Assembly: GCA_051294905.1 (NCBI GenBank)
Contig: JBPPKV010000017.1
Span: 1,798,001-1,862,000 of the forward strand
Direction: 5' to 3'
Origin: Botryllus schlosseri
Taxonomy: Eukaryota
DNA: 64,000 bases
Part shown: in pieces, positions 25,878 to 39,155 of the stretch
How the letters are laid out: the number at the start of each line of letters is the position of its first letter
Position numbering within the stretch: position 1 is the stretch's first letter
Made by a program: the position numbers and the translations under genes
Notes under the pieces: generated by a model
Databases searched by the model: none
What the model was told of the DNA's origin: nothing
Seen by the model: only the letters and a program-made list of their open reading frames with translations

Positions 25878-27979
25878 CTGGCCAAAAAATAAGTAAAGTT
25901 GGTTACAAGGTGCTTTTTCAGGTAATTCACTCTCCAATTAGTGTGACTTGTTCGCGATCAGGGCTGGCCACAATGATTCGGGCCACTCTTATCTGAATCG
26001 AGCGTTAATTGTAATGATTCAAGTCGACTATTTAGAGATGATTATTTCAAGTACAGAAATTACAAGCTCCCAGCCACGAGAGTGAACTTATCAGCGAGAA
26101 TTATACTTTGGTCCTATTTTCCACGGCGGAGGGCTGTGAACCTCGATTATTCGTATTGCGGGATGCGAAACACGTCATACATAGCCAAGCACCTTGGTGG
26201 AAACGACACCCGTGTATTTGAGATCAATCCACAGCATTGTAACACAGTGCCATGAAATAGCTACGGTCTTTAATGTGATATAGAAATAAGCCAAGTACCC
26301 CAAATTGACCAAGATAACGATTCAGTAGGGTAGAGTACATCGTAAATGCCGATAATTCGGGTCTTCTCACTTCGACGAACTTACGTGTAAGCTCCACTCT
26401 GCACTCTACATTCACTAAAATTTGACGTTCAAGCAAGTAGTGGAGAATCTCAGCACAGTGGGGCCGCGGGTCACACTATCATCGACGGGAAACTGTCCGC
26501 GCCGGACAAAATCCCGTCGCAGGCCATATGTTGCCCGCCCCTGCTGTAGAGCATTTCACCATGAACCGCGGTCTGACCCAGCTGATGCATGAGTGTTTGT
26601 AATGAAACGCTATACCACGCATTGATAGTATCGATCGAATTAGTTGAGCAAAAGCGGTCACTCATGGCTCGTTTGAAGGACTTTCATCAGATTTTGTTAC
26701 GTACTGTCACACATTATCGGTGACACGTACTACTAACATCGAATGAAAAGAAAAACTCATTTCATGAGACGCATGCGGTTACAATATTACAAGAGACGTC
26801 ATTATTTTGTACCAACTATTTCAACACTCTGCAAATCAACAGATTCTGTGATTATGCGGCACTGTTTCGAGGTTTCAAGACTTTCACAGTGGAAAAACTT
26901 TCCCAAAAAAATATATTTTCACGTTACGAAAAAAAATCGGCTGTCACCACTCCAATGATTACAAGTAATACTCGATTCAGATTCGAGTAATCAAAACATT
27001 GTGCCCACCGCAGTTAAAACAAAATGATGAACGTGACGTCAAAGACATTCCTAGGACAAGACATATGACACAAATGCATACCCACCGATGGGCCACAGTT
27101 CATTATTGTCGGAGGCATTGATCATGTTGACGATCTTCCTTGTCTTCGCGGATGGCTCCTGTTCATCTGTTTGGAGGTACATAGTTATTGTCAAAGTGTG
27201 TAACGTGGAAGCGTAACTGACCGACTGCAGGTGATTCAAGTTCTCCACATTGGCAGAAAGCAGAATATGGAGCCAAAATACGGCCTGACCTATTTTTGCC
27301 CATATCAAAATAAGACAAGTAACATACCGGTAAGGAAATTTGAATTAGAGGCACTGATTTCGGAATATATCTTATATAAACTTGATTCATTTACAATACT
27401 GGTTCTTAACACTACAACGATCAAGTGGCTTTTTTGACGCATTTTCATTTTTGAAGAGCTGGCATTCGGTCATATCTTATGCTGTTCGGCTGAAACTTCT
27501 CGACTTTTATTTATTTTATGCAGGCCACCTTACCTATGATTCTCATCACTCATCTAGTACAAATAAAAAATTTAAAAACAGAACTACCTAGCACTACCGA
27601 GTGGCCTTTTTGACGTATTACGGTTTTTCTACCTTAAGGCATCGCAGTTTCATATTATTGAAAGTGGTTATGTATCTGCTAAACGCAGAAAAGTCGTTTA
27701 TAAAAACATCTGTGTTAGCAACAACATCCCATGTAATAGAAGGCTTTGGATCTTCCTCGTTCCAAGTCACCAAAGCTCTGTAATATTATATTCCTGAAGC
27801 TCAACGTGTTACAGGACATGACATTTGAAATGTTCCATTAGGTCAAGCAGACATCTGTATTGTCCATACTAATATACTAGGGTTGTGCTCTGGTCTACGA
27901 GATGGATCTTCGGGGGGAAAAGGGAGCTAGATCTTGTAAATTGAATACATATGAGGACTTAGGGCATGAGTGCATTATG

Positions 27980-28690
27980 TTCAGTCAGACCCTCTCGAGG
28001 AACAAGTTCACGGAAGTCAAGAGCTTTCTATTGAAATAAGGAGTAAAAAGGTGTGGACTCGATAAAGATAATATTGTGTTCGTTTATTACATGGTCGCAA
28101 TGCCAGCAAATAATTGGGGTAGCCCAAATGTCAGATGGTGGATGCTGCTGCTACCAAGTATTTCTACAAGGGAGTCTCATATTTAGGCAAGGATAGGACA
28201 GGACACCTCTTCTATAATCTATACATTTGCCAAGCATAGTAATGTGAAGAGTCAGATGTGATCCATCTTGAAACAATATTGCATGAATGTGACTGTATAC
28301 GTTCGGAGAAGCAAACGAAGTCCCAGTTGACACTATTGTCGAAAGTTGCTTGAAGCTACCAAGGACCAGAAGGAACACAGACAGCTTCATGTAGTCACAC
28401 TTTTCAAAGCCAACATCTTGTTGATAAGCGTAACGGCGAGATGCCAGTGTAGAGATCGAAGTTGTACACAGATCTATTGAGTTCAATCCAACCGGAGGTA
28501 ACTGTTCCTTTCAGAAACAACACTAACAAGTAACCAGTGACGGTTGAATGTTATAACGCAACAAAACCAGAGGGATATCATTGGCCAGGTTGCAAGACAC
28601 TATTCTATGAGGGTACCAACATGTCGACGATGGTCCGTGCATGTTTTCTTAGAATGTGAATGATCTTCTACTTGCAAAATGCCGATGCTA
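27980..28690 (+). pseudogene. Decayed piggyBac-family transposase fragment
   Basis: FSQTLSRNKFTEV, DAAATKYFYKGVSYLGK, YNATK..GDIIGQVARHYSMRVPTCRRWSVHVF; stops and frameshifts; TIRs not found. Confidence 0.75.
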
Positions 28691-29239
28691 TAAAAATATG
28701 CCAATCGAGGATTAGTTTCGAGATTGCATTATGCAAATCTTATCTGATAAGCTTTGTGATATGTCAGCAATAACCAAGAATGATGATGTGGCTGAAGCGG
28801 ATCTGGAACCTACTCCAAATTTTTGAAGAACGACCCAAATACCAAATGCGCATCAGAACAACACTTTTATGTTACACCAAAAAACGGCGATTTGTTATAT
28901 AAGTATTGCACTAAGGTGTGTCTAAAATATTGCAAGTGGCTGTGAGCGCAATAAACATGGTTTCTGATACCGTTTGTTGAGATTTGTGCTGATTTTTGGC
29001 TCCGTTGAATGCATTTAATCGAAGAAAATTTAACATGCGTCAAAAAAGCCACAGGAAAGTTCTAGGTAGTTCGAAGTTCCGTTAATTCCAGAGTCAAACT
29101 TGGCGGGATTTTGATTTCAATAGGTTGGTAGCACTTGATGTGCGATTTAGATGGCACCAGAAAGATCATGAAGCTGCATTCCATTATACTACAAATAATT
29201 TTTCAATCATAATGTGTAAAACCCTAAAAATGACAGCAC

Positions 29240-29338
29240 CTTCACGGGCAGCTTTGCTCGCTTTTCTCTTGTATGTCCTCTTCCTTGGACCTGTATCAGA
29301 CACGGGCGGAACATTATCGGACACGGGTGCAGCATTGT
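29240..29338 (-). CDS. Candidate internal exon H2 (phase 1-1, 99 nt)
   Basis: gagcag|AC AAT GCT...CGT GAA G|gt; (D)NAAPVSDNVPPVSDTGPRKRTYKRKASKAARE; tandem paralog of H1. Confidence 0.55.
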
Positions 29339-29399
29339 CTGCTCAGTACATATGATATTAGGATGAGAATGTTTGAAACCCTGGAATAAATGACAGCAC

Positions 29400-29477
29400 C
29401 TTCACGGACAGCTTTCCTCGCTCTTCTTTTGTATGCCCTCCTAGTTGTAACTGTGGCAGCCAGTCGTGCGGGATCAT
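29400..29477 (-). CDS. Candidate internal exon H1 (phase 1-1, 78 nt)
   Basis: tctcttttctcag|AT GAT CCC...CGT GAA G|gt; (D)DPARLAATVTTRRAYKRRARKAVRE. Confidence 0.6.
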
Positions 29478-31130
29478 CTGAGAAAAGAGATACATAAATG
29501 CAACCATTTCAAACTGCAACGTGTCGGCATACCTGGATAAGTGATCTTTGTAATCCCGATGACTTTCTTGAAGCCGGCCTCATCGAAGTCAGAGCTGCAA
29601 CAACACAAAAACATAGGAGTGGTGAACTACTAATAAATAATAACTTCAAATAAATCTTTTTAAATTATACTTGCTACTGGATATCATTGCTAGATTGGTT
29701 GCAAAAAAACGCTGCACAACAACATAGGCTGAATTCCAACCATAAGTCATTGTAACGATAGCATACCATCGTTATTTAGAGATACCGAGCCATGCGTGCA
29801 ATCTAGATGTAAGCTATGCTATTAGTCATATTGAACAATTGTTTACCTTTCTACAGGTATATTTAGTGGTTAAGATCAACGTTAGTGTAAGATTGTCGCC
29901 GGAATAAGTTGGTAAGATTTGCATTGTTAGATAGGATAGGTTTTCAAGTATTACACCGCCCATCTATGATATCTATGTTATTCTGAGCCAAGTGGGAAAG
30001 TCGTGAATACCAGTGTTACTAATCAGGTATTTGGTCTGACCCGGCTGGGCAATGAACCAACGACCTACAGATCAAGCCATACGATATCTTGTCAGTTGTA
30101 TATATCTATGTCTAGAAATGATACATAACAAATTTGACTCAATCCCGACTCGCATTAGCAAAGTTACCGCAGTTAGAAAACTTTGGAATTGAAAAAAATA
30201 GCATTTACGATTAGAAATCCACTTACGAATATCGGAAGTTGTATTGAACGCCTGGTTCAACTGGAAGCTTTATCCTCGGACTACGACGCCGTCCGGCTGC
30301 AGTGCCTACGGGCAGGATCGGAACTGACAACAAAAAGAAGATGAATTCACAAGAGGTATGGACCTAATTATTCCCGCACGGACACGCAGTTTCGATTATA
30401 CCAGTGCCGGGACAAGGAGCTCTCTACGAGTCAAATTCAGAAATTGACCTGAGCATCTATTCTAAAAGCATGGTCGAAAATGCTTGTTCGAAGAGTATGA
30501 TTTAGATGTCGCACTCGCTCCCTTGTGTATATCTAGTGGTTTTTATGTATCTACTGTAACCTGTTCCACATACATTGTATTATGTATTAGTTGCATAACC
30601 ATATAATCTATACCATAAGCTATACCATATATTCCTTGAAGTCTTTCTATTTATTCATTTATTTTCATGGTAATGGGCCAAGCGTGGAACGTTTTGCAAT
30701 CGTTAAAATCATTAACACGCCTATTTGTCCTTACATTATCAGAAATTTATCGTTTGTTCCTCCATCCATACCTCTATAGCGGTGGGAGTGTATTTCGCCG
30801 TTCTGCACATTTTTATATACTATATTTAATTTCTATACTAGTGTGTGTTTCATACCGCAAAGCACTGAATTCCCCACTTCAAAACATCACTAGCCAGATC
30901 AAGCAGTTGAGTTTTACATCAACCTAGCACCCTTATGTCACGTAGAGAGAGTGATGACACTTTCATAATATTGCATCACCCTATGAATATCAATAGGCCT
31001 TGCTAATGTTGCGTGGCCTTCATTGGTAGCAGGCGATTGGGCCATCTTCTAGTTGAATTGTGATTGTTGAGGTAGCGCAACGTTTGTATTTTATTGGTTT
31101 TAGTCTTCCACCAATCAGTTCATGGCTTAC

Positions 31131-31180
31131 CTGGGAGCTCTTCCACAATACGGTTCGGCTTCTGAACTTTTGACAGACTC
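31131..31180 (-). CDS. Candidate internal exon G (50 nt, read as phase 2 to 1)
   Basis: atctattttccag| ... CCCAG|gtaagc; (R)SLSKVQKPNRIVEELP bridges exon A1 (phase 2) to H1 (phase 1); all three frames are open, so the phase is inferred. Confidence 0.55.
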
Positions 31181-31850
31181 CTGGAAAATAGATGATGTCT
31201 TTAAAATGGATGAGACTGGCGATTTTAAAAGTAATAGGGGAGAAATATTACTGAGGCACTGACTCTGACTTAACATAGGGCAAATGTGTTGCGTAACAAA
31301 GCCCATTATGATGCAGTCAAATTTGCCTGAGATCGTCATCTCGTACGTGGAATCTAAGTCAGTGGTGCCAATTCTTACCGAAATTCACGGCTAGGAAAGA
31401 TTTTGTCTGTGTGTAACATATCACACCCTCAAAAAACACGATTGTAACCACATCACAAGGTTCCGAGAAACAAGTCAATTCTACTCGTATAGTTTTGACT
31501 CGAGTCATTTTCGATTCATCGCTGCGACAAGTCCGAGTCCTAGGCACCGAGCAAAGGATCAGAGCCATAGTGATCACGGTTCCTTATCGAGTTCAAGTCA
31601 GGTTCAGCCCAGTTCTTCAAAGCCATTGAAGCTTGATCGATATTGAATGTGTCGATAGACGAGGCTTGAATCAAGTCAAAAAGAAAGTCTCGGGTCATAC
31701 GACTTGATCAAAGTTGATACGCAAAGTGACTCGGGTCGAGTTAAGTCTTATCCATGTATAACAAAATGACTCGAGTAAAGTCAAAGAAAAATTGCAACTA
31801 GAGTCATTACAACCCAGGGCCAAACTTATTTATCGAGCGCACAACCCCAC

Positions 31851-33637
31851 CTGGACGACTTAGGCTTTGACTTGGACTTCGGCGTCGATTTGGACTTTGG
31901 CTTCGATTTGGATTCCGGGTTCGATTTGGACTTTGGCTTTGATTTGGATTCCGGGTTCGATTTGGACCTTGGCTTCGATTTGGATTTCGTGTTCGATTTG
32001 GACTTTGGCTTCGATTTGGATTTCGGGTTCGATTTGGACTTTGGCTTCGATTTGGAGTTCGCCATACCAGCGGGTGTTGTGTTTTGCTCCCGTGATCTGT
32101 GATCTGTCGTAGATTTGGCAACTGAATTTTGGTGTCCTATATTTCCAATACTACTACTCATTTTGATTCTAATATAATCTGTAAAAATTGTGTATCCATG
32201 ATTCTAATTAAATTTTAAAAAACTGTGTAGCTCTAATTCTTACACTATTATAATTTCTAGAAATTTGTGCAATTTAAATTCTAATCTAATTTGGAAAAAC
32301 TGAAGGTTTCCTAGTTCTACAAGTCTGGTCTCAGAAGCCATCTGGCTGTTAACCAGCGTAATCTAATACTGACCTTCATATCCAATTTCAGATACCGAAG
32401 GAAGCTTTGGCGCTGGCCCTTTCCTACCGGAGGATGGTGAGACGGGCCTTTTCCTGCGTCTACTCTCTTGCCCGGAAGAGTCACTTGTTGCCAATCCTGG
32501 ACTGAGGTTACTGGAATCTGAATAAAGTATTAATTCCGATGAATTGACTGTACTGAAATTACACAATACTCGTTATTATGAGGTTGTTTCCCATGCATTG
32601 GTCAGATTTTAATATGTATTTTCGAGAGTACAACACTAGCTTTCGATTAAGTCCAGTTTTAATAAATGTTAGCGCACGGCTCGCCAGCTATAGGACTACA
32701 TATAACGCTGATTCTGCCATGCTCAGCAGTCAATCGCACGACTGGAGCTGTATATCTATCCGTAGGTTGGTAATCTATACTCCAACTGTGGGACTCACTT
32801 TCCGAAAGCTGTTGAGCACCGTGTGTCTTCGCCGAGGGAAGAGAGTTCAACCAGGACTGGATTCGTTTTGTCTTCTCGGCCTTGGACGGCGATGCGGACA
32901 AGGCAATCCCGCTGCGACTAACGAAACATTCAGTTACCGTAACACATATATTTCACAGCATATTTCATACTTTGAGGTTATGCAAATAAACATACCACAA
33001 AACAGGCACATAGCCAGCCGAGAAAAAGGGGGGTGTTTTGAAGAAAGGACGTGTTTCGAACACACGACGTTTTACATTCTATCGGATTTTTCAGGCTAAA
33101 TATATGCACAAGTGCATCTACTGCAGGAATCAGATAATATCGCACGTAATAACAACTCTACACTCATATACAAAGCCCCGCCAATGTTGAAGCGGGATTT
33201 CGCATTTAAATTAGTAGTGACCTCAACTTGATATCATACGACAGAACCAGTTTCACGAATGTTCATGTATCCTTTCAGGATATGTTAAACCCGACGTTTC
33301 AATCATTTTTATTTTGGCCCGTAACACACCCACAGAACCCAGTTGTATTATTAGGATATATAACCACTATCGTAAACTAAGATAACAGCAGAAAGATAAA
33401 TAAAGACATAATTTAACCAAAAGCGAAGCAGCACAATCAAGTTACAACATAGCGAGCTCACATCATATCAGATTTCACAAATTAAAATGTTCAATGCGGA
33501 ATCCAATACGAATTAGCTCAGTTGTTGAAATCACAACTGCCCACCTTTCTGATCTTCTGGCACTCGGGCCTGCCACTTCCTCCTGTTCCGTTGCCACCGC
33601 GGTTGACTCGGCAAAGGGAGCGCGTGCTCTATTTCTG
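31851..33637 (-). CDS. Exon-cassette unit 1 (D-C-B-A intact)
   Basis: D 33545-33637, C 32799-32911, B 32374-32517, A 31851-32121; AG/GT sites, phases 2-2, 2-1, 1-1, 1-2; open spliced frame ending in KSKPKSKSNP repeats. Confidence 0.75.
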
Positions 33638-35280
33638 CTGTTTGTTGATTACAGGTTAAAATCGAACCAACAAGATACGTAAAGGAAAATAATTTCCTCA
33701 CTAGAACTCGAATCTACCGATGTACGGAGCTGGATGATGACGACAATCATTCGAGTAAACCAATCAGAATCGAGTAATAATTCTAAAGATTCAAGCCGAG
33801 TAGAGAGATGATTTTTCCGTGGGGAAATTTAGGCTCTAATTTCAGCCGATGGGGTCCACTGTGTTAGAGTATATTTTGTAAAGCGGAAGTTTTATTTCTA
33901 AATTGAAAGCAGTGAATTACATTATTAACACATGCTGCTAACTGGAAATTATTATGCGGGGCTTGCTAAGATAGCTACATATTTTATGATGACATGATTC
34001 ATGTGTCTTCAACTCTTCATGCATGACGTCTATATCTTCTAATTTAGACAAATTGTGCTTACACTCTTTACCGAGTAGGCCTATAATTATATTAAAATAC
34101 TTCTGAATCGTTTTTTTTTTCTAGTGCCAGGCCTGATTTGCTTCATAACAAAATCACACGTATATGATGTGTGTGCAATGTGGTTATACAAGGCCGGACA
34201 AATTCATCCCGGTCTGCTTCAAACTTTGCACAAGTAGAATATGCCATTGTTGGGGTAGATTTTATACAGGCGTCAAATATCGCCGATACAAATTCCAGCA
34301 GAAAATTTTTTTAGAACTCTTTCACCTGGGAAGAAATTTCTTTTTTAGTTGGACAGAGAGTACCGTAATTTTCCATGAATAATGCGCCAAATTTAACAAA
34401 TTTTTTTTGTCCCAAGATCGAAAGGGTGCCTATTATGCATGGGTACAACTAGCCTTAAAAAAAAGATCCCTTGAAATCACACCTGTTTGTTTTAACCACG
34501 CATCACATTCAGCCAACGTGCCCAGTAATTCGCAGGCTTTGGCTGCTATCTACTATTGTTTCACAGAGACAATGCTGTTAAGTGTATAATGATTAGCGAT
34601 TGTTTTGTCATGATTGTTCAACAGTGACATCGCAAACAGAATGACATATACGAATAGTAAAACTTAATTATTCACGTACTGCGAATGCAGGGTGTGTACT
34701 ATACATGCGTACAGGCTTTTTTCCAGAATTTACATCCCATGGAAAATTACAGTAATTCTAGTTCTAGTTCTAGTTGCGGATATTGAAAAGTTGGTAGCTT
34801 GTCAGAATGTAAGATCGCCATCCAACATGTCAAATCTACGTCAGCGGTTTCAATTCTTACCAAAATTGACGGCCGGGACAGATTTTGTAACATTTCACCC
34901 GCCTCGGTAAAAGTTGTAACCTCGTCACGAGGTTCCCAGAAAAAAGTCAATTTCACTCATACAGTATGAATCGAGTCAGGTTGAGTCATTTTCAATTCAT
35001 CACTGTGTCAAGTCTGAGTCCGAGTCATGGGGCAAAGGATCCAAGCCATAGTGTTCGCAGTTCATTATCGAGTTCAAGCCAGTTTCAAATCAAAACACAA
35101 GACTCGAGTCAAGCCATATAGAATGTCTCGGGTCATATGACTTGGTCGATTTTAACACAATGACTCATGTCGAGTTCCGTCATTTTCCATGTATAACAAA
35201 ATTAGAGTCCAGTCGAACAAGAATTGCAACTCGAGTCATTACAACCAAGAGGAAAACATATTTACCGAGCGTGACCTCAC

Positions 35281-38200
35281 CTGGACGACTTGGGCGTCGA
35301 TTTGGCCTTGGGCGTTGACTGGAACTTTGGCGGCAACTTCGACTTTGCCGTCGACTTTGACTTGGCCTTCACAGCAGATCTTGCAGTTGGACCCCGTGAT
35401 CCGTCATCTGTCGTTGATTTTGCAACTGAATTTCGGTACCCAATATTTTCAATACCATATGTGCGCAACATCTCGCAGGATGTTCACAAGGACATTCCTT
35501 TCGTGCGGGGAAATTCAGAGTCAAGCCGCCATGGCATTACTCACACCGTACAGTCATAGTAGTTATTGTGACAAATAAAATACGCATGCTGGTATAGAAG
35601 AACCAATGATGATGATGAAGTTTTGAGCTTGCCAACATCTTCTATTTTCTATCAAAACAGGACGGCGGCGAAGAAAAAGACATAGTTAACAAAGGCATGT
35701 TCAGATCTACCAAAAAGAAAACATATCGTGGGATGAACTGGAAAGATATTTCGCAGCAGACAGTGAGAGCATGGGCTGTGATGTTTTGAGTTACTGGAAA
35801 AGAAAAATCGTTTTGCTCATCCCAGGGCCGCTCTTCGAGAACTCGTACGCATGACTACAACATCACCTCCGTTGGAAAGTGTTTTCAGCCATGCAAAGAG
35901 AACTGCATAGGGATAAAGAGAAAGATATTTTTATTGAACGAGCCAAGCTTGGTTTACAGACATTAATCATTCTCGTGCTTGATTCGATATGAACGAACTA
36001 CACTTGAATTTTGCTGCATATACTTTCTCATTCACAATTTCACGCAATTTTTGAGAATTCACTAATTCTAATACCAATCTAATATGGAAAAACTGTGTAA
36101 CTCCAATTCTAATTCTAACCTAATCTGTAAAATATTGTGCAATTCTAATTCTGATCTAATTTTAAAACACTGCGTAGCTCTGATTCTAATACTAATAAAA
36201 TTCGTGCAATTCTAATTCTGATCCAATTTGGTAAAACTGAAGAGTTTCTAGTTTTCCAAGTCTGGTATCAGAAGCCATTTGGCTGTTGACCAGCGAAATC
36301 TAACACTTACCTTCATATCCATATTCAGGTGCCGAGGGACGCTTTGGCGGTGGTCCGCTCCCATCAGATGATGGCGAGACGGGCCTTTTCCGGCAACTAG
36401 TCCCTTGCCTGGCAGAGCCCCCTGCGAGAAATCCAGGAATGCGGTTACTGGAATCTGAACAGAGTATTAATGCTGATGATTCGAGCGCACAGTGCATGTG
36501 AGCGTTAGGACAGGAGTCGCATATCTATCGTTAGGTTGGTAATCTATATTCCCACAGTTGGACTCACTTTTTGAAAGCTGTTGAGCCGAGGGTTTTGCTG
36601 CCGAGTGAGGAAAGTCCAACGAGGTCAGCAGACCTTTCGTTTTCTCTTCCTGGGACAGTTTGGTCTCCTCACACCTGCTACTAATAAAAAATGACATATA
36701 GCAATTTTCGAAAATGAATCAAGATTCTGTAACAACATACAATTTCCAGCATATTTCACAAGCATTTTCATATTTAGAGGTGATGCGAACGAAGAGGGAA
36801 AACTAGGTGGTGTTTCAAAAACAGGATGTTTTAAATTATATCGGATTTATTGGCCTATATATATGCACAAATGCCGCTACTGCAGGAATCAGATAATCTC
36901 GCATATATCAACAGCTCCACACTCATACAAAGCCCTGCCAATGACGAAGCGGGATTTCGCATGATTTCGCATTTTAATTAGTAGCGACATCAACTTGATA
37001 CCATACAACAGAACCCTTTAGACAAATGGTAATGTATCCCGTCAGAATATGCTATATCCAACCTTGGTAGGTTCTGCACTGTGAACCTTTTTCATATATT
37101 ACAATTTTCGCTACATTATAAGATCTTTGGTTGAAATTGATTGCATTTCAATTGCGGTCAACTCAATGCATGGCGCCGGCAGCGTAAAACAATCAACACT
37201 TAACGAGCATGCACCTTGACAATCTCAAAAATGTCTGCTGTGAGATTGACCCGCCATGACACAACGTCAAAAGCGAAACACACTACATATAGTCGGCGAA
37301 TGATGTTTATCCAACCAATCAACGAAATTAATATCGTTGTCTGATGTACAAAATCTAGCGGGCGTACATGGTCAATCTTGACTTCATATATATAATATAC
37401 TGTAAAAACCAAATCCGTGCGATTGGGGTGCTGGCTACTACTGTGTAACTTGTGAATGGGGTAGTATTAGCATCAAGTATAGAATCCCGCTTTGCACCCT
37501 AAATATCACACTCCGAATACATTGTCTGGACCGGCCTAGACCGTTACGGCGTAAGATTATATTCCTTGCAAGACGTCGTCGAATTTGTTGTCAAAGCGAC
37601 AGCAGATATGGATTTCATGGGATCATTATATTATTTGATTGCCCCAGTTGATACATTTGGCGATATTTAAAACGTCAATATGTATTTGAGCATTGTAGCA
37701 TTTTGTGGCCCGACTCATCGCTAGGCATCGTGTACAACTTATACATTTGTATACGCTGTCACTTCACTGAAATGTAGGCAAGGAATTACCAATATTACGT
37801 CACATGACGTCATGAGGTTCAGGTTCGCGTTCACACAGAACCTTTCAAAAAGGTTCACGTTCACACAAACCTGAACCTTTCAGAGGTTCACACCATCCCT
37901 ACTCTCTACCAAGAACAACAATTTTATTCTAATGTTCCTTAATGAGATTTTTCTCGTGCCAGGCATGAATTGCTACAATAGGAAATCATACTTACATGAT
38001 GTGTGTGCAATGTGAATACGCTATGCAAGATTGGACAATTTCATCCCGGTCTGTTTCTAACTTTGCACAAGTAGATTATGCCATTGTTGGGATAGATTTT
38101 AGTTGGGCGTCAAATATCGCTGATAAGAATTCAAGCAGAAATTTTTTAAAAACTCTTTCACCTGGGAAGAAATTTCTCTTTTAGTTGACGCACGCCTCCT

Positions 38201-38374
38201 GGTAGTAGGTTACCCATGGAATACGAGTCGTGACTCGACGCATCACTGCAGGTGGAGGAAATCTCGTCACCTGAAAAAATACGCATGTTCTATCCATCCG
38301 CCCAAGATCAGAGAAGGGAGACCAACGTCAAGTCCTACACACCTTCCCCCTCGCTTTCCTTGGGTTCCTGGACC
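35281..38374 (-). CDS. Exon-cassette unit 2 (E, C, B, A; D absent)
   Basis: E 38343-38374, C 36568-36674, B 36311-36454 (donor GTAAGT), A 35281-35425; E-C-B-A splices in frame. Confidence 0.7.
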
Positions 38375-39155
38375 CTGTTTGTGAATGGGCAGGTTAAAAT
38401 CGAACTAATAACATGTAAAGACGCCTCACTGGCACTCGAAACTGCCAATAGATAGTGTTGAATAATGATGCCAATGATATGACTCATCGAACATGAATTG
38501 AGAAATGAGTCCAACGATTCGAGTCAAGTATGACTTGACGATTATTTGAAGGACTCAAACTATATGCTCATTTACACCAAGAGTTAATTTGTCACAAGCC
38601 TTCTCAAGCAGGATTGGTCGTATTGAAGCATACGAAACTAACATTGGCGGAACAGAAACATCTGTGAAGTCCAAATGACTCGGCATTTTCACCAAGTGCA
38701 ATTGAATAGGCGGTGAAACAATGAGCGGAAGGGCGGCTGAAATTCCAAGAATATTTGGAGCACCAAATCGTCATTTATTGGAGTCCTATCAGTTTGTCGT
38801 GGGGAGGCCACCGTCCATCAACAGTAAAGTCTATTTCACCAGGCTGTACACTGCTCGGGAGGCAGCGACCTAGACAAGCTTTGCAGTATCCTAAACACAT
38901 TTTTATGATCCTAATAAAAAAATCATGTCAGTGAGTGAAAAAGAAAGTTCAAAATGTATCAGTTTCACTTTTGTTTGGAATGATGACGGCGAATATACCC
39001 CTGCCATATTGAATGTCTCAGGTCATATGACTTGGACGTGTTAATACACAGATAGTTACGTCATTTCACGAAATGACTCGACTCAAGTCAAAGAGGAATT
39101 GCAACTCGAGTCATTACAACCAAGGGCAAAACTGTTTTACTGAGCACGGCCTCAC

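Noticed and set aside
31807-32161. Overlapping ORFs with DFDL, WTLASI and RSQSPN repeats over exon A
   Set aside because: They are by-products of a stop-free minisatellite; only the KSKP frame fits the phase set by synonymous changes in exons B and C.
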